64,000 nucleotides of DNA from a virus. The notes under the pieces are model-generated. The model searched no databases. It was not told the origin of the DNA and saw nothing but the letters and a program-made list of their open reading frames with translations. Of this stretch, positions 36,301 through 44,606 are shown piece after piece (position 1 is the stretch's first letter; each line of letters starts with the position of its first letter). The stretch spans positions 2,506 to 66,505 of IMG/VR virus record IMGVR_UViG_3300042356_000058. One strand, given 5' to 3'. Both the position numbers and the translations under genes were made by a program.

Positions 36301-39300
36301 GCATGAACAAGTTCGTGCAAAAGCGTTTGCATTGGGTCAAGCTTGGCCTCGCTAACAATCACCATGTCTAGGCTAGGGACGTAGTAGCCTGCCGCGCTTC
36401 CCATATAGCTGTGCATAGCCGTCTCAGATGCAAACACTCGACCGCTGTACTTGTCTGGCTTTGCATCCGCAAACACTTCTTGCATGCGCTCAAACAGCGC
36501 TTTTTGGTTTGCATTCTTTGCACGCTTCGCGCCATACTCAGCGGCTTGGGCAAAGCTTAATCCGTTGTACCCAATGTCTGTGGCCAGTTTAACGCCAAGT
36601 TGATTAAACTTACTGTTTGCCTGAGAGTCAGAAACTGTTAACGGTTTTTCTGCTTTTAGTTTGGCCGGAGCCAAAGTAGGCGGTGTCTTTTCGCCACGGA
36701 AACCACCGCCGGGAACAGTGATGACAACGTCATCCGCAGTTATTCCTTCTAAGAAGTCAATTCGTTTCTGAATGCGGCTAGCAAGCGTTGGGTTGCTGTT
36801 CTTGTACAAACCTGCGTCTGACTTCAAGCCTACCAAGATACGGCTCTTTGCGGCTTGAAACTTACTAGCATGCGTTTGATTAACGCCAGCCACACGCATA
36901 TACATGCCATGCACATCGCTAAGCAAACTGCGCTCAGTTGCGTCTGTCAACTCTGCTACAGGTGTGCCCTTGTATGTAAACGTGGGGCCCAAAGACATAG
37001 CATCAAAGTCAAGGTCAAACTGTGTACGAGCTTCGCTAAAGTCAACAGATGTACGACCACCGCCAAAGATGCCGCGCACGTCGTCAGAAGAAACAAACGC
37101 GCCTAAGTCCAACGTGTCTTTCACACGCTCACGCTTTTTCTCAGGCGACAACAATGTCTTAATACTTTGAGAAGCAGGCACATTGCCCGTGCGCAAAGGT
37201 TTGCCTTTGGCTTGACCAACAGAGCTTAGTGTTGTTGCGGCTTTCTGTTTTCTGCGAGGCTTGCCTTCTTGGTCTACTTCGTATTGCGCTTCCACAGATT
37301 CCATAGACTGCAACACGCCAACTTTAGCCATAGCCATAATGCGCGTGTTGTCTGACTGCGTTTCGTCGTTGATAATTTTCTTTAACTCACTGAGGTCATC
37401 AGGGCCGGGGATGCTTTCAGCTTCTAGCATCAAGCCAGTTACTTCATCAACGTACGTATTAAAAGCGGCTTCTTTGCGTGCAGTGCGAATAAACGCGTCT
37501 TCTTCTTTATCCAGCGCTTCCATTGCTTTGTTACGCAACACTTCTGCTTCTTTTTCAGCAGTAGTCTGAATGCGCTCGACCTTGCCTTCTTCGCGCTTGA
37601 TGCCTTCGCCGCCAAGCTTATCTTTCCAGAAGTCTTCTAGCTTCTGTGTTTCTGTTTTAGCAACTTCTTTAAATTCCGTGGCACGTTTCTCAGCGGCTTT
37701 AAGCGTAGCTCTTTGTGCGTCAGCGTTTTTCTTAGCTTGTTGGTAGGCAAATGGGTACGAACCGGGTTTGTCAAGGACGCTCTCCCCGCGCATGGTGGCA
37801 AGGTTGGCTTCCAGCATTTCTAAATACTGGCGTTCCATCTTGACGTTGCCATCAAGCATGGCTTGTGCTACGGCGTAACCGCCGTCGTGTTCAGTTGAAC
37901 GCTCGTTAACTAAATCGCCTAGTTCTGTTTCCTGTGCTTCAACTTGTTTCTTGAGGTCGTCAATGACGCCCTTCTTTTCTGCGTAACGGAACAACTCGTA
38001 CGTGGCAAGCTCGGTGCGGTTAGCGCCTCCTTCTTGTGCCAACACGCTATCAAAGCGTTTCTTAATTTTGTCTAGTTCTGCTTGTTCTTTATCAAGCGTT
38101 GTCTTAGCTTTTTCAAGATCGGCACTGGCTTTACTAACTACGGGGTCAAGCAGGAACGCCATTGCGTCGTCCATCTCCCGGCGAGCATTGGTAATCGCTT
38201 TCTCTACTGCTTGCTGATATGTGTCGCGTTGTTGCTTAATAGCTTTCTCAGAATTAAGCATTGCTTTCTGTTCAGCGGATATAACCACTGAACCTTGCAT
38301 AGCTTTCTTAACTTGCTTAATAGCTTCGCGTAGGGGGGCCAGTCTGTCGTTCAAAGCTTTTGCTGCTGCGCGAACGTTTACATTGGTGTCTTGCATGAAC
38401 GCCAACAACTGATTGTCTGTGTCGTTAAGACGGCGTCCGTCAGCTAACAGCCTCATGGCTTCATCAATTTGCTTTCTATACTTGGGCAGGTGTTCTGTTT
38501 TAAACTCCCTTACCAAACGTTCGGCAATCTGCTGTTCTTGCGCAGACATAGGCTGGAGCGTGCGGTACTTTTCTAGAATAACTTTTTCTTCTGGCGTTGT
38601 GCCTGCTTCTGGCATACCCACAAACACTTTTGCTAACGCCTCGTCAGAGTAGCGGCTTGTGTCTTTCCAAAAGTACTGCGTGTCTGCAATTATGCTGTCG
38701 CCACGTTCTTTGACTCTTTCAAGGAACTGCATGCGCTTGGCCACTGTCGCTTTTCTTACTAGCCGTTCTTGTTCAGACTTCTTAAACAGACTACGCGCTT
38801 TATCAAGCGCTTCCCATACAGGGCGTATGCGTGGAGAGTTGGCAAAGTTCTTTGGTGTTGCTCGGATGTAGCCTAACTCTTCTTGCGCCTCCGGGAACAA
38901 CGCCTTCTGTCCTTGCGGCACAGTCTCAGTAGCGCGGATAGCATCCTTGATAGCTTGAATATCTACCTGCTTAACGTCGCGTCCTGCGACGATGGCGTCT
39001 ACTACGGGCTCGACCTTGTCCAGAATCTCACGCGTAGCTTGGTTCTTATCCATCAAGTCAGCGGCAGCATTGAGGGCATCACGGGCACCCGGACGCATTG
39101 CACCCATCTTAGACATCTTGTTGCGTACAAATTCTGTACGGCGGCGCAGTTCACCGCGAAGAGTGGTCGCTGTTTCACCGCGAGCTTCGGCAGTCTTCTT
39201 AGCTTCCGTTTCTTTAAACTGTCGTTTGAGTACACCTGTTTCTACACGAGTGGGTTTGACGTCAGGCTTCTCGTAGAGAATCCGCATTGCTTCTTTAATG

Positions 39301-41744
39301 CGTTCTTGAAACTGCGCCACTTCTTGTGGCTGCATGCTTGATACACCTTCTTTGACTACGCGGCGTTCTGTTTTTGCGGCGCGTACAACTTTGTTTGCTC
39401 GCATCTGAGCAGGCTCAACAATGACTTCTTCGTACTCAGCGCGTACTGGTTTTTGTTTTGAGCGGGCGACCCATTCGTTAATCGAGTCGTATATGTTAGA
39501 TGCAGCTTTAATTGCTTCGTCTTGGGTAATGGCAGGCTGACCTGCGGCACGGCGGTTCAACGCGGCTTCTTGTAGTGCTGAAGAAATAATCTGACCGCGT
39601 ACTTGTTCAGCTTGGTTGGTCAACGACTGTTCTGTGGAGGCAGATACCCCTTTGCCAAAACCAACAAGTTGCGTTTCCATTTCTCCGGTATCTGGATTAC
39701 GTACTCGTTCAGTTTCTTTACCAAGTGTTTGTTCGGTGCGCAGTTGCTCGGTGATGTCGCTCAGCTTGGCCATGGCCTCTTGCTGTTGACGGCGTGCGGC
39801 AACAACTTCACGAGCGTAGTCACCACCTTCTTTACTAAGCTGGTCGATCTTGGCAAGGGCTGTCTTGCCTTTGGTCAAAGCTTCCATGGCTGCGGCACGC
39901 TCTGGCGCACCGCGCTTACCTTGGGATGGCATCGCGTAGCGGGCTGTGCGGTAGTCTTGGTCAGCCTTGTCTACTTCTGCAATCAATGAATCCAGCTTCT
40001 CTCGGATCTGTTCGCCGCGAGGTATGGGCTTGACCTTATCGCTGACCTTGATGACGGGCTCTCGATCAAGCGCCTTCTCAAACATTGGGTCAAGGTAATC
40101 AAAGTTTGGCTCAACGTTTTTCTTTTGCTCTTCCACCTGCGCTTCAGACTCCTTGAACATAGCCATCTGATCTTTAGGCTGTGTAAGTTTCTGTTGGTCA
40201 AACGCCTGCTCTTGCTCGCGTTGTTTAATAGCGGTCTTGGCTTCAGCGGCTACGCGTGTTTTAAGCACGTCGTATATTTCTTCGCTACGCAGACCTTCAG
40301 GCAAACCTGTCAATGTTGGGCGTGTTTGTACAAGCTGCTGGGCTTTGGTAAAGTCCTGCATCAAATAGTCCACGTAGTCTTTCTTAGCTTCAGACTTGTA
40401 CTTGGGTGTGTAACTAGCCGCCGTGTTCATCTGGTCGTTAGCCAACGCAATGCGTTGGTCAGCGTACTCAGCAACTTGTTGACGAGGGGTTAGTTCAGCC
40501 GGTGGCTTGGGAGGTGTAGCAATCTGTTGCTCATACAACTCAGGCTCCAGCTCTTTCTTCTGTTCTTCTGTCTCAGGCGGCAGGCCAAACGCATACTCCT
40601 GAGGCGTGAGCTTGGCAACACGCTCTTGCTCTGCCATCTGGCCAAGCATGCCTTTGGCTTTGTAGTAGTCCTCGGAAAGCGGCGCAATCTCTTTGGTCAG
40701 TTCTCTAAGCTGTGCATTAAGCTGCGTATTAAACGCTTTGTCAGCATCGTACGTAGGTGAGTCTTTTGTTACTTTCTTAAACTGCGCAATTATGTCTTGC
40801 TTTTGTTTAGCCAGTGCGTCGTACTTCTGCACAACTTCTTGTGCGTACTCAGGCTTTGTCTTACGCTGACGCTCTTCTTCAAGGCGTTGCTCTTCCTCGG
40901 CACGAAGCGTGGCATATTCGTCTTGGGGTTTAGGCCCACCCTTGGCACGACGACCGAGCGCTAAGTCAAGCAAGCCCTGAGCTAACGCGCCAACTCCGCC
41001 GCCATAAGCAGCGGACTCACCAACGCCCTCAATAATTTCTTGTTCTGCTTTGTATATACCTTTTGAGATCAGGTTTTGCGCAGCTTGAGACGCAGCTTCC
41101 TGCGCGGCTTCTTCACCACCGGCCATCAATGCACGTTTAATGTAAGAAACAACGCCTTGAGCTACAGGTTGGCCAAGGCGACTCAAAATACGAGCAGGCG
41201 CAAACATCTCGCTAATACCAACAGCGGCACCAAGAGCGGTTGAAGCCGTCTGCTGTCCTTCAGTTGCGCCCTCTGCGGCTGACTTCTCTACTTGATAACC
41301 GGCTCCTGCTCCAGAACCTAACGCAGCCATGATCCCGCGCCCTGCTAAACCAAACGGCCCTGCGGCCAAGAAAGGAGCAATAGAGCCTGTAGCTTCACCA
41401 AACTTCCGCGCCACCGTGTCTTCGTAGCCCGGCGCAGCTTCAAACGGTTTTTTAAGGGACGCGGCGGTTTCTTTAATTGATCGCTGCGCAGCTTTTTCTT
41501 GTTCCTCTGGCAGCAAAGCAGAGATACCAACACCGGCTTGTTCTACCAACCCAATAGCGCCGGGGGCTAGACCTTTGAAGAACTCTTTGGCTTGACCGCC
41601 AACAGTGGTTTCTTTTTTCTCAGGAGCTTTGGAAGCAAAGGCTTCCGGATACATGCGCTGTGCCCGCTCCCACGTTTGTGCAGGAGTTTCGCCCTCCCTA
41701 ATGGTTACAAATCTACCGTCTGGTAAAGGGAGTGCTTGTGGCAT
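33261..41744 (-). CDS. Giant polyvalent internal-virion/ejection protein (2827 aa) with zincin metallopeptidase and LPD38-like C-terminus
   Basis: G/A-rich N-terminus, very long coiled-coil region, LLHELVHA...EFLAE, C-terminal IPFFNAQIQG and PVPFEIG motifs. Confidence 0.75.
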   Translation of the reverse strand: MPQALPLPDGRFVTIREGETPAQTWERAQRMYPEAFASKAPEKKETTVGGQAKEFFKGLAPGAIGLVEQAGVGISALLPEEQEKAAQRSIKETAASLKKPFEAAPGYEDTVARKFGEATGSIAPFLAAGPFGLAGRGIMAALGSGAGAGYQVEKSAAEGATEGQQTASTALGAAVGISEMFAPARILSRLGQPVAQGVVSYIKRALMAGGEEAAQEAASQAAQNLISKGIYKAEQEIIEGVGESAAYGGGVGALAQGLLDLALGRRAKGGPKPQDEYATLRAEEEQRLEEERQRKTKPEYAQEVVQKYDALAKQKQDIIAQFKKVTKDSPTYDADKAFNTQLNAQLRELTKEIAPLSEDYYKAKGMLGQMAEQERVAKLTPQEYAFGLPPETEEQKKELEPELYEQQIATPPKPPAELTPRQQVAEYADQRIALANDQMNTAASYTPKYKSEAKKDYVDYLMQDFTKAQQLVQTRPTLTGLPEGLRSEEIYDVLKTRVAAEAKTAIKQREQEQAFDQQKLTQPKDQMAMFKESEAQVEEQKKNVEPNFDYLDPMFEKALDREPVIKVSDKVKPIPRGEQIREKLDSLIAEVDKADQDYRTARYAMPSQGKRGAPERAAAMEALTKGKTALAKIDQLSKEGGDYAREVVAARRQQQEAMAKLSDITEQLRTEQTLGKETERVRNPDTGEMETQLVGFGKGVSASTEQSLTNQAEQVRGQIISSALQEAALNRRAAGQPAITQDEAIKAASNIYDSINEWVARSKQKPVRAEYEEVIVEPAQMRANKVVRAAKTERRVVKEGVSSMQPQEVAQFQERIKEAMRILYEKPDVKPTRVETGVLKRQFKETEAKKTAEARGETATTLRGELRRRTEFVRNKMSKMGAMRPGARDALNAAADLMDKNQATREILDKVEPVVDAIVAGRDVKQVDIQAIKDAIRATETVPQGQKALFPEAQEELGYIRATPKNFANSPRIRPVWEALDKARSLFKKSEQERLVRKATVAKRMQFLERVKERGDSIIADTQYFWKDTSRYSDEALAKVFVGMPEAGTTPEEKVILEKYRTLQPMSAQEQQIAERLVREFKTEHLPKYRKQIDEAMRLLADGRRLNDTDNQLLAFMQDTNVNVRAAAKALNDRLAPLREAIKQVKKAMQGSVVISAEQKAMLNSEKAIKQQRDTYQQAVEKAITNARREMDDAMAFLLDPVVSKASADLEKAKTTLDKEQAELDKIKKRFDSVLAQEGGANRTELATYELFRYAEKKGVIDDLKKQVEAQETELGDLVNERSTEHDGGYAVAQAMLDGNVKMERQYLEMLEANLATMRGESVLDKPGSYPFAYQQAKKNADAQRATLKAAEKRATEFKEVAKTETQKLEDFWKDKLGGEGIKREEGKVERIQTTAEKEAEVLRNKAMEALDKEEDAFIRTARKEAAFNTYVDEVTGLMLEAESIPGPDDLSELKKIINDETQSDNTRIMAMAKVGVLQSMESVEAQYEVDQEGKPRRKQKAATTLSSVGQAKGKPLRTGNVPASQSIKTLLSPEKKRERVKDTLDLGAFVSSDDVRGIFGGGRTSVDFSEARTQFDLDFDAMSLGPTFTYKGTPVAELTDATERSLLSDVHGMYMRVAGVNQTHASKFQAAKSRILVGLKSDAGLYKNSNPTLASRIQKRIDFLEGITADDVVITVPGGGFRGEKTPPTLAPAKLKAEKPLTVSDSQANSKFNQLGVKLATDIGYNGLSFAQAAEYGAKRAKNANQKALFERMQEVFADAKPDKYSGRVFASETAMHSYMGSAAGYYVPSLDMVIVSEAKLDPMQTLLHELVHAASVKMLTQDKALDNRVTVLRERVEQWSFTPEGEAWLEKNFRQKTFDGMPYFPDLYGLTNNKEFLAETFANPEFQKMLAEIPSDMPRKSLLTRLVEFLSRSFSMPAKAMQSLFAESMVLTEEIMQRTKTEIYEAGVDPRSDSLPAPLIAYDNPEFNNVRATMKKVVAQDKTWWDSIKANTSGLAFETQLVDRFAGFERLAKYMEPLKGTQMLYYLRSYDQRMNIVSKAVSDGAPSIREIKRDDGRVERLVETTGGASIAGVVNKLKEANQYIGNGEAVNQVFTTYMAAIRAKNKGIDTLNFGTDKDGKPVLTEAMLDEVTALVNKNAPLKKVFEEARTEYNKYNRDLLDFVASTGALSKALVKKLVAEDDYIPFYRERKGVVELVIGNENPIRIGSIAEQPYLDKLVGGDTAIIDFMTSSVQNTNMLVDMGMRNLATKNAVMELVDLKAATLVKKADGSDVVKFKVDGDDRYAIVATEKVMIGNKEFETGVPADLLVKGMEGIPTQMPFLFRVMAMPAQVLRKAITLSPLYMAKQLFRDSLAAPILSGADFTPIVGALRELNGTAKEKLEKRGIVGGQYFRGTSEDLSMILREISDGQPGWMKALGRFEAMGMEADALTRRAQYNSYIEQGLSEMEATLMALESMNFNKRGASPSVHVLNSLIPFFNAQIQGLNVMYKAMSGKMPFNDQLRIREKMLQRGGMMAAATFAYAVMMEDDEAYKNATPDQKYGNWFIRLPGLDEPIKVPVPFEIGYIFKAIPEALYNTMTTEHGGEEAIKAFKQILLQTVPGGSSYGIPQAAKPLIEVGLGKSFYTGRDILSAREKQLLPEEQYRVNTTDAAKLVGSTLGISPIKIEALVSGYTGTMGLAFLQAISLGVPAKETPERAVRRLSEYPILGGAFQPNDAGGIINSVYERMNEYVQVKSTVDSLLKDGKVQEAQALMTKRGTDYMQAELANTFKANMNMLTQAERAVASSTMTPAEKRKQLDEIRKMKIGLANTTREISDKTIRLVGGS

Positions 41745-41810
41745 GTTATGTCCTAATTGTGCGGCTTGAGATTAACCCCCGATAAGGCCGAACCTACCGG
41801 GGTGTGTATA

Positions 41811-43583
41811 TTATGGCAGTAAATTGCTACCTTGAGCAATGCTCACAGGCTTAAGCCCGCTTGCCGCCTGTTCTTTCTGCAACTGGCGAATAGTAATTGC
41901 TCTAGCTCGTTCGTCAGGATCTTTGGAAGTTTCCATTGCCTTAAGTCTTGCTTCGCCAACCATCCCTGAATATTCTTTCAGTCTTTCTTGCAGACCTTTA
42001 GCATCGGGGCCCATTGTCTCGGCGTAGTAGGCAAGACCTTTTCTGACATCTCCACCGCCAAGGCCACCGTAGAACTTAGACTGTGCGTCAGGCGCGTTAA
42101 GCGTAGCCATAGTACGAGCGGTTTGAGCGCCTTCTGAATACATTAACCGCTTACTAGCTTCGGCGTTATCCACCATTTTTCCAAAAATACTGCTAGAAAT
42201 TTCAGCTTCTTTACCAGTAACTTGCATAACAGCGTTTGTAAAGAGTCGGTTGGACTCAGACAAACGCGTGTCAGCTTTCTCTTCAAAAGCTTGTTGAGAC
42301 TTAAAGTCATCGCGGCCTTCAGCGCGTCGTGCATTCTCGATGTCAGCCATAGCTTTGTTGCGTTCTTTGGCCGCTTTCTTAAACTCTTTAAGCGCGTCGC
42401 CGTAATCACCCAGCCCGGCCATAGCGCCTTTGGCAATGTTTGTAGCCGCGTTGGGGGATTCTCCAGCAGCCATGGCCAAGAAGCCTTTCATCAAAGACAT
42501 CAGACCGGCCTTTTCTTTGTCGGTGGTGTCTTGCAGTTCTTCCGATTTCAACAACTTTTCATAACCTGCATAAGCAGGGCCTTTTTCTTTGTTGAATGCG
42601 TCAAGCTGTGCAAGGCGTGTTTCTTTCTGACCGGCAATATCTTGCCGCTCTTGTAGCTGCTGCTGCTCTAAACGCCGTATTTGCGCGGAAGAATCATAAA
42701 ACTCTGTGGCTTTTGCTTTTGCATCTGCCGCAGTTGGCTCTTTAAGTGTTGCAATACCCGTAGGCATTTTAATTTGAGGTGCAGGCGCGGCACCGGGGGG
42801 TGGAGGCGGGGCTTTGTCAGCGATAGCAGCTTTGTTTCTAGCCGCTTTTTCGTTAGCCATCAAAACATCGTCGGGGTTAACAACGTCTTTGGGAGCGCCC
42901 ATTTGTTTCTGACCGGGCTTCTTAGTCATCTCAGCTTGATAGAATGCTTTTTCGTCTTCCGTAGCAATGCCTGAGTGAATGCGATAAGCAATCTCACTTA
43001 ACGTGGCTTGCTTTTTCTTTTCCCCCATGTAGCCTGAAAACCGCTCAAACATTGTTTGATTCTCTGGAGAACCTGCTTGGGTAAACTCGGCACGCGGTTG
43101 AACCGCTGTCATACCGGGAATATTAAACATAGGGTTACTACTAACCAAACTGCCATCCCCGCCCATAGCCTTTGGCACGCCTTGATAGCGAGGGACGTGA
43201 CCGCCACCTGCCATACTCATGACGGGGCCACCAGCTTGGGCAAAGTTAAACATCCCGCCATCGGCCATACCAACGTCTTCGTCGTAGCCAGCAATACCGC
43301 CATCCGCCATGTTCTGCATATTGGGCGTGGGGATTTGCGCTATGCCTTGGTTCTCTGGAAGCTGTTGCTGAGCCATCCCCGCAATAGCGGCATCGGCTAC
43401 TTTGGGTTGAGGCATCGCACCCGCTTGTCCTTGCCCTGCCGCACGAAGTTGTTTGCGTTGGTTGCTCTCGGACACTGCTAAAGACAAAATGTACGGGTCG
43501 CCCTTGTGCATCATGGCGTATTTTTGCAACGCCTGATCTGGTAAACCCCGCAGAGTTGTCGTGATTTGGTTTACATCAATCAT
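41811..43583 (-). CDS. Putative DNA ejection/internal virion protein
   Basis: A/M/Q/G-rich; repeated MADGG and MAGGG. Confidence 0.6.
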   Translation of the reverse strand: MIDVNQITTTLRGLPDQALQKYAMMHKGDPYILSLAVSESNQRKQLRAAGQGQAGAMPQPKVADAAIAGMAQQQLPENQGIAQIPTPNMQNMADGGIAGYDEDVGMADGGMFNFAQAGGPVMSMAGGGHVPRYQGVPKAMGGDGSLVSSNPMFNIPGMTAVQPRAEFTQAGSPENQTMFERFSGYMGEKKKQATLSEIAYRIHSGIATEDEKAFYQAEMTKKPGQKQMGAPKDVVNPDDVLMANEKAARNKAAIADKAPPPPPGAAPAPQIKMPTGIATLKEPTAADAKAKATEFYDSSAQIRRLEQQQLQERQDIAGQKETRLAQLDAFNKEKGPAYAGYEKLLKSEELQDTTDKEKAGLMSLMKGFLAMAAGESPNAATNIAKGAMAGLGDYGDALKEFKKAAKERNKAMADIENARRAEGRDDFKSQQAFEEKADTRLSESNRLFTNAVMQVTGKEAEISSSIFGKMVDNAEASKRLMYSEGAQTARTMATLNAPDAQSKFYGGLGGGDVRKGLAYYAETMGPDAKGLQERLKEYSGMVGEARLKAMETSKDPDERARAITIRQLQKEQAASGLKPVSIAQGSNLLP

Positions 43584-43588
43584 ATTCT

Positions 43589-44596
43589 TCAACCCATGTT
43601 ATAGATTGCTAATTCAGCCAAACCTGCTGGGCGGCGTTCCAAGTCGCCGGTGGCTCCACCAGCCGCACCAAACAACTTAGCGCCAGTCAGTGCCGCGCCG
43701 CCTAGACCTGCAACTTGAGATACGGCAGATGGGGGCGTCTGATACACAGAGCTTGACTGCTGAGTCAACGGTAATCCGCGTAGGATGTCAGACATGAAGC
43801 CCATCTGTTTGTATGGGTAGTTCTGATAGTTTAAGAAGTCTTGGTATTGGTTGTTTAATACGTTCTGTACTTGCTGTTGCTGCTGACCACCAAACTGGTT
43901 CTGCAAATTCAATATACCCATGTTTTGGCCGTACTGCGTGTTGCCAATGTTCGCTAGGTTGCCTGCGGCAGTGTTGGCTGTCTGCAAACCTTGAAGTCCC
44001 AAGCCTGCGCCAAACTGTTGCTGCTGTGCGTTTAGTTGGTTCTGGGTATTGAACTGCTGCATAGCTTGGTTGTATGCATCTTGCAAACCTTTGGACTGGA
44101 TGTCACCCATTTGCATGCCAAGATTGCGCTCGCGCTCAGCTCGCATGATTGCGTCTCTACCGCCACCAAAAGCACCGGCTTTAGTAGCTTGAGCTTGTTG
44201 TTGAGTGCCCGCAATATCTGACTGGCGCTGAGCTTCACGCTTCTGGATGTCCACCACGTTCTGCATGTAGGGGTTCATTAACCCTTGGGCATTAGCAGAA
44301 GTGAAGTTAGCTGGGTTAAATGTGTACTGTGTATTCAGCGCACCCAAACCGGACATACCCGCCAGCGCTGTAGCGTCGCCCAACTGAGGAGCTGCCTGCA
44401 TCGTCCCTGCGTTTTGATATGCCTGTTGCTGCAAAGGAGTGAACTGCGCAACGCGATCCCCCTGATACTGCATGTAGGGGTTTTGCTCAGTGTCAGTAAA
44501 GTACTGCGCTTTACCCAGCATCTCCTCTACAAACGGCTTAGCGTAGTCGGGGATTGAGGTTTGCGATATCGTCTGTTGGGATTCTTGTAAAGCCAT
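43589..44596 (-). CDS. Putative DNA ejection/pilot protein
   Basis: Q-rich; MNPYMQNVVD and AGAFGGGR motifs. Confidence 0.6.
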   Translation of the reverse strand: MALQESQQTISQTSIPDYAKPFVEEMLGKAQYFTDTEQNPYMQYQGDRVAQFTPLQQQAYQNAGTMQAAPQLGDATALAGMSGLGALNTQYTFNPANFTSANAQGLMNPYMQNVVDIQKREAQRQSDIAGTQQQAQATKAGAFGGGRDAIMRAERERNLGMQMGDIQSKGLQDAYNQAMQQFNTQNQLNAQQQQFGAGLGLQGLQTANTAAGNLANIGNTQYGQNMGILNLQNQFGGQQQQQVQNVLNNQYQDFLNYQNYPYKQMGFMSDILRGLPLTQQSSSVYQTPPSAVSQVAGLGGAALTGAKLFGAAGGATGDLERRPAGLAELAIYNMG

Positions 44597-44606
44597 GATC
44601 TATTCC

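Noticed and set aside
33261-41744. N4-like virion RNA polymerase or tape-measure protein
   Set aside because: No RNA polymerase catalytic motifs recognised and no tail tube or sheath genes; the motifs fit a polyvalent ejection protein
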